From: Piromyces finnis finn
Lineage: Eukaryota; Fungi; Neocallimastigomycota
Direction of reading: 5' to 3'
Assembly (NCBI GenBank): GCA_002104945.1
Contig: MCFH01000009.1
Coordinates: forward strand, 558,001-622,000
DNA: 64,000 nt
Below the pieces are notes generated by a model. The model was not told the DNA's origin and did not search any database. It saw only the letters and a program-made list of their open reading frames with translations. Within the stretch, counting starts at the first letter, position 1. The number at the start of each line of letters is the position of its first letter. A program made the translations under genes and the position numbers. This document shows positions 61,030-64,000 of the stretch, piece after piece.

Positions 61030-61390
61030 GTATCTGTAATAAACTTATATGTATTTTTATCTATATTTTTGTTATTTGACAATTTTATACTATTTCAGAA
61101 CCCTTTAATACTAATGTTTTACTTTCAGGCGAAATCTTCTCGTTTTTAATTATACCATTAGCATTACTGTTGTCTAAGTTTTCAAGATCAAGATATTTTA
61201 TTTTGTGCATCTGAAAATCATTAGAATCATATTCTTCTTTACCCAACTTAGATGCAATACTATCATGTAATTTGTGAATAACTTCACTATTATTTCTTAA
61301 ATTACCGGTATTATATTTTTTAGTATTTTTATTAAGTAATTCATGTAAAGTGTTATAAGTAGCTAATTATGTATCTCTGTGAACATCATA
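61030..61390 (-). pseudogene. Degenerate coding-like fragment of unknown origin
   Basis: About 90 stop-free codons (LATYNTLHELLNKNTKKYNTGNLRNNSEVIHKLHDSIASKLGKEEY...SIKGF) bounded by in-frame stops, with no ATG start. Confidence 0.3.
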
Positions 61391-63235
61391 TTTTTTTAAA
61401 TTTTTTTTTTTTTTTTTTTTAAAAAAAACTTATTATTTAATATAATTGTTTATTATTTTTAATAATGTAATAAATATTTATATTAATTTATAATATTTAA
61501 ATATATATAATAATTTCAAATATGTAAAAACATCTTTCTACTATTAGTGCTACTCTTGATAAAATTAAATAATATTAATAATTTTATTAACATTTTAAAA
61601 TGTTACATAATACTTATTTTAAGTTAAATGTAAAATATATTATAAAAGCAATATTATATTAATAATTTATATAAATTATTTTCAATTTTGTTGTTTATTA
61701 TATTTAATTGTATATATAGATATTCCATAAAATAATAATAAAATTAATATTGCTAAATAATCTGAATAATCAAACAGTGTATTACCAAATATTAATCCAA
61801 CATTAATTATAATAGCAATATAAAAGAATATTTTATGTAAATTATTTTCAAATTTCATGGTATTGTTTATTATATTATAAAAATTATACTATAAAAATTA
61901 TAAAAAAAATTATTTTATAGTTATGTTATTTAATTATTATAATTGAAAAGTAAATTTAGGTTTGATAAAGTTTATTTATTATGTTTATTAAATTTAATTT
62001 AATAAAGGTAATTACAAAGATTTTAATAATACATTTACAATTTCTTTTTATACTAAAATATGTGGCTAATGTCAATTAGAAATACTATATGCTACGATTA
62101 TTCTAAGAAACACTACATTAGTAATTACATTATAATTTTATTATTAATTAAAGTTTAATATTAGTAATATAAATTTTTATTAGTAATATAAGTTCTAACT
62201 GAATTATATTCTTTTAATAATTAATAAGAAATATTAATTAATAATTATGTAATTTATTTAATATATTTTTAATATTATTAAATAACTAATATGTTTTATC
62301 TTTTGAAACCGTCAAGTTTAATAATATTTATTTTAAGTGTTTTATATTATATATATTAATATAATAATCTAAATAACATATATTATATATAATATTAATT
62401 AAATAATTTAAAATATATATCTTAATTTATATAAATACTAATTATATATAAAATAATATTAATAAATAAAGTTTATATTAAAAACAATATTATAAATTTT
62501 CTCAATTATACATAATATCTATTTTATTATTGTGAACATTTATGGACCTCTATTTTTATTTATTTATATCATATATTTATGAACACGTGAGTATTTTATA
62601 AAAATATAAACATGTATTAAAGGGGTTGTAAACGTAATGTCTACGTGTTGTAGAGATAGTTATTTTTTATTTATTTTATTTTATTTTATATTGTCACATG
62701 ACCTTACATCTCAGTATATAACTGTAATGTTACGCGATTGGTTAGAATGTTTTTATTTTTGTATAAAAATGACAAATTTTAAACTTTTTTAAAATTCTAT
62801 TTTCATTTTGAATTAAAAAAAAATTGTAAAAATTAATAATGAATATTTTGTATAATAAATATACGAAATAAACATTATTAAGTAAAAAATTAAGATATAA
62901 AGGATGAAAATACGGGGAACGAGTTTCAACAATGAAGAAACAAAATAAAGTATACCAATTGTTCCTACTGAAAATATCTTAATTTAAGATTAATTAAAAG
63001 AAAATAAAATTTATTTAAAGATAATTAATCTTAATTTTAGTTAAAATAAATAAAAATATAATAATTAAATTTTTTTAAATGATAAATTAGATGATGGTTA
63101 TGCATATTAGCTCTATCCGAAAAAGATTGAGGAAAATTATAAATAACTGATATATTTTATCATTTAAATATAATAGATATAAAAGGTTTAATTTCAAAAT
63201 TATATTTATAGTTGTAAAAAGAGTGATTATTTTAA

Positions 63236-64000
63236 TTACAATGAGTTATTCTCTTCTGTTTGAAGTTTTTGTTTATTATTAATGAATTGAAGTATTTTTT
63301 TAGTTAATGTTGGTTTGTTAAGTTCAATAGATAAAGATAATGCAGTATTATTATATATATCCTTAATATTTATATCGATGTCCTGCCTTACTAGTAATTC
63401 ATCAGCTAAGTCGTTACAATATTTACTTTCTACTGCTAATAGAAGAGCAGTTTTGTTATCATAACCAATGAAGTTAATGTTAGTTGATTTATTTTCTACA
63501 ATTTTCTTAACCATTTTAATATTATCTGTTAATACAGCAAGATGGAGGGCGTTTTGTTTATAATTATTAATCAAATTTAAATCAATATTATTTTCTTTAA
63601 TTAGAGCATTAAAACTTTTATAATAGTTGCATTCAATAGCATACATTATAGCTGTGTAATTGGTGTTATCTTGAATATTAATATCTGCTTCTTTTTCTAA
63701 TAGCATATTAACAATTTTTCCATTGTCATTTAAAGATGCACCCATTAGACTTGTTTTACCGTTTGTATCTTTACTATTTATAAGAATATCTTTATGCTTT
63801 ATTAATGCTTCTATTATATGTAATAAATTGTGATCTACTGCATAATTGAGAGGAATGCGTTTAAAACGATCATTTTTATTAACAATGAGATTTTCATTTT
63901 CCAGTAATAAATTTACAGCATCAACATTCTCATTTTCAATTGCAGTCATAAGTGGTGTTCGTCCTCTATCATCTATTTTATTGATATCTAATTCTGGAAG
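63236..64000 (-). CDS. Ankyrin-repeat protein (5' end outside window; no intron in the visible part)
   Basis: Repeated G.T.L..A motifs: GRTPLMTA, GKTSLMGA, NYTAIMYA, QNALHLAV, NKTALLLA, NNTALSLS. Confidence 0.9.
   Translation of the reverse strand, partial: LPELDINKIDDRGRTPLMTAIENENVDAVNLLLENENLIVNKNDRFKRIPLNYAVDHNLLHIIEALIKHKDILINSKDTNGKTSLMGASLNDNGKIVNMLLEKEADINIQDNTNYTAIMYAIECNYYKSFNALIKENNIDLNLINNYKQNALHLAVLTDNIKMVKKIVENKSTNINFIGYDNKTALLLAVESKYCNDLADELLVRQDIDINIKDIYNNTALSLSIELNKPTLTKKILQFINNKQKLQTEENNSL

Overview
Extremely AT-rich, intron-dense eukaryotic DNA. The composition, a stand-alone NuoF-type gene with an 'ML' presequence, and ricin-lectin and ankyrin genes point to an anaerobic gut fungus (Neocallimastigomycota); this is inference. 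Bases 1-55 kb hold mostly conserved multi-exon housekeeping genes, which I spliced by hand from GT-AG sites: SEC63, CDC26-like, a divergent SIN3, RLP24, TFIIE-alpha, PUS7, condensin CAP-G, BLCAP/BC10, an At4g15545-like protein, a two-HMG-box protein, VPS55, NADH dehydrogenase 51-kDa subunit, ADAL-like deaminase and UBE2S. Beyond about 55 kb the window becomes accessory and repeat-rich, with a broken secreted/ricin-lectin locus, (AAAAT)n arrays, a SINE, a LINE remnant and an ankyrin ORF. Two signals stand out. (1) Two genes about 8 kb apart each appear to need a single-nucleotide exon (ag|C|gtaagt in VPS55; ag|G|gtaatt in the At4g15545-like gene). (2) Two nearly identical copies of a ~535-bp tRNA-headed, poly(A)-tailed SINE carry 13-bp target-site duplications. 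Its 3' tail matches the ORF2-stop/3'UTR of a LINE remnant about 430 bp from one copy, and it carries an internal intron-like cassette with a perfect U1-complementary donor. All homology calls are from memory of protein families, with no database search run.
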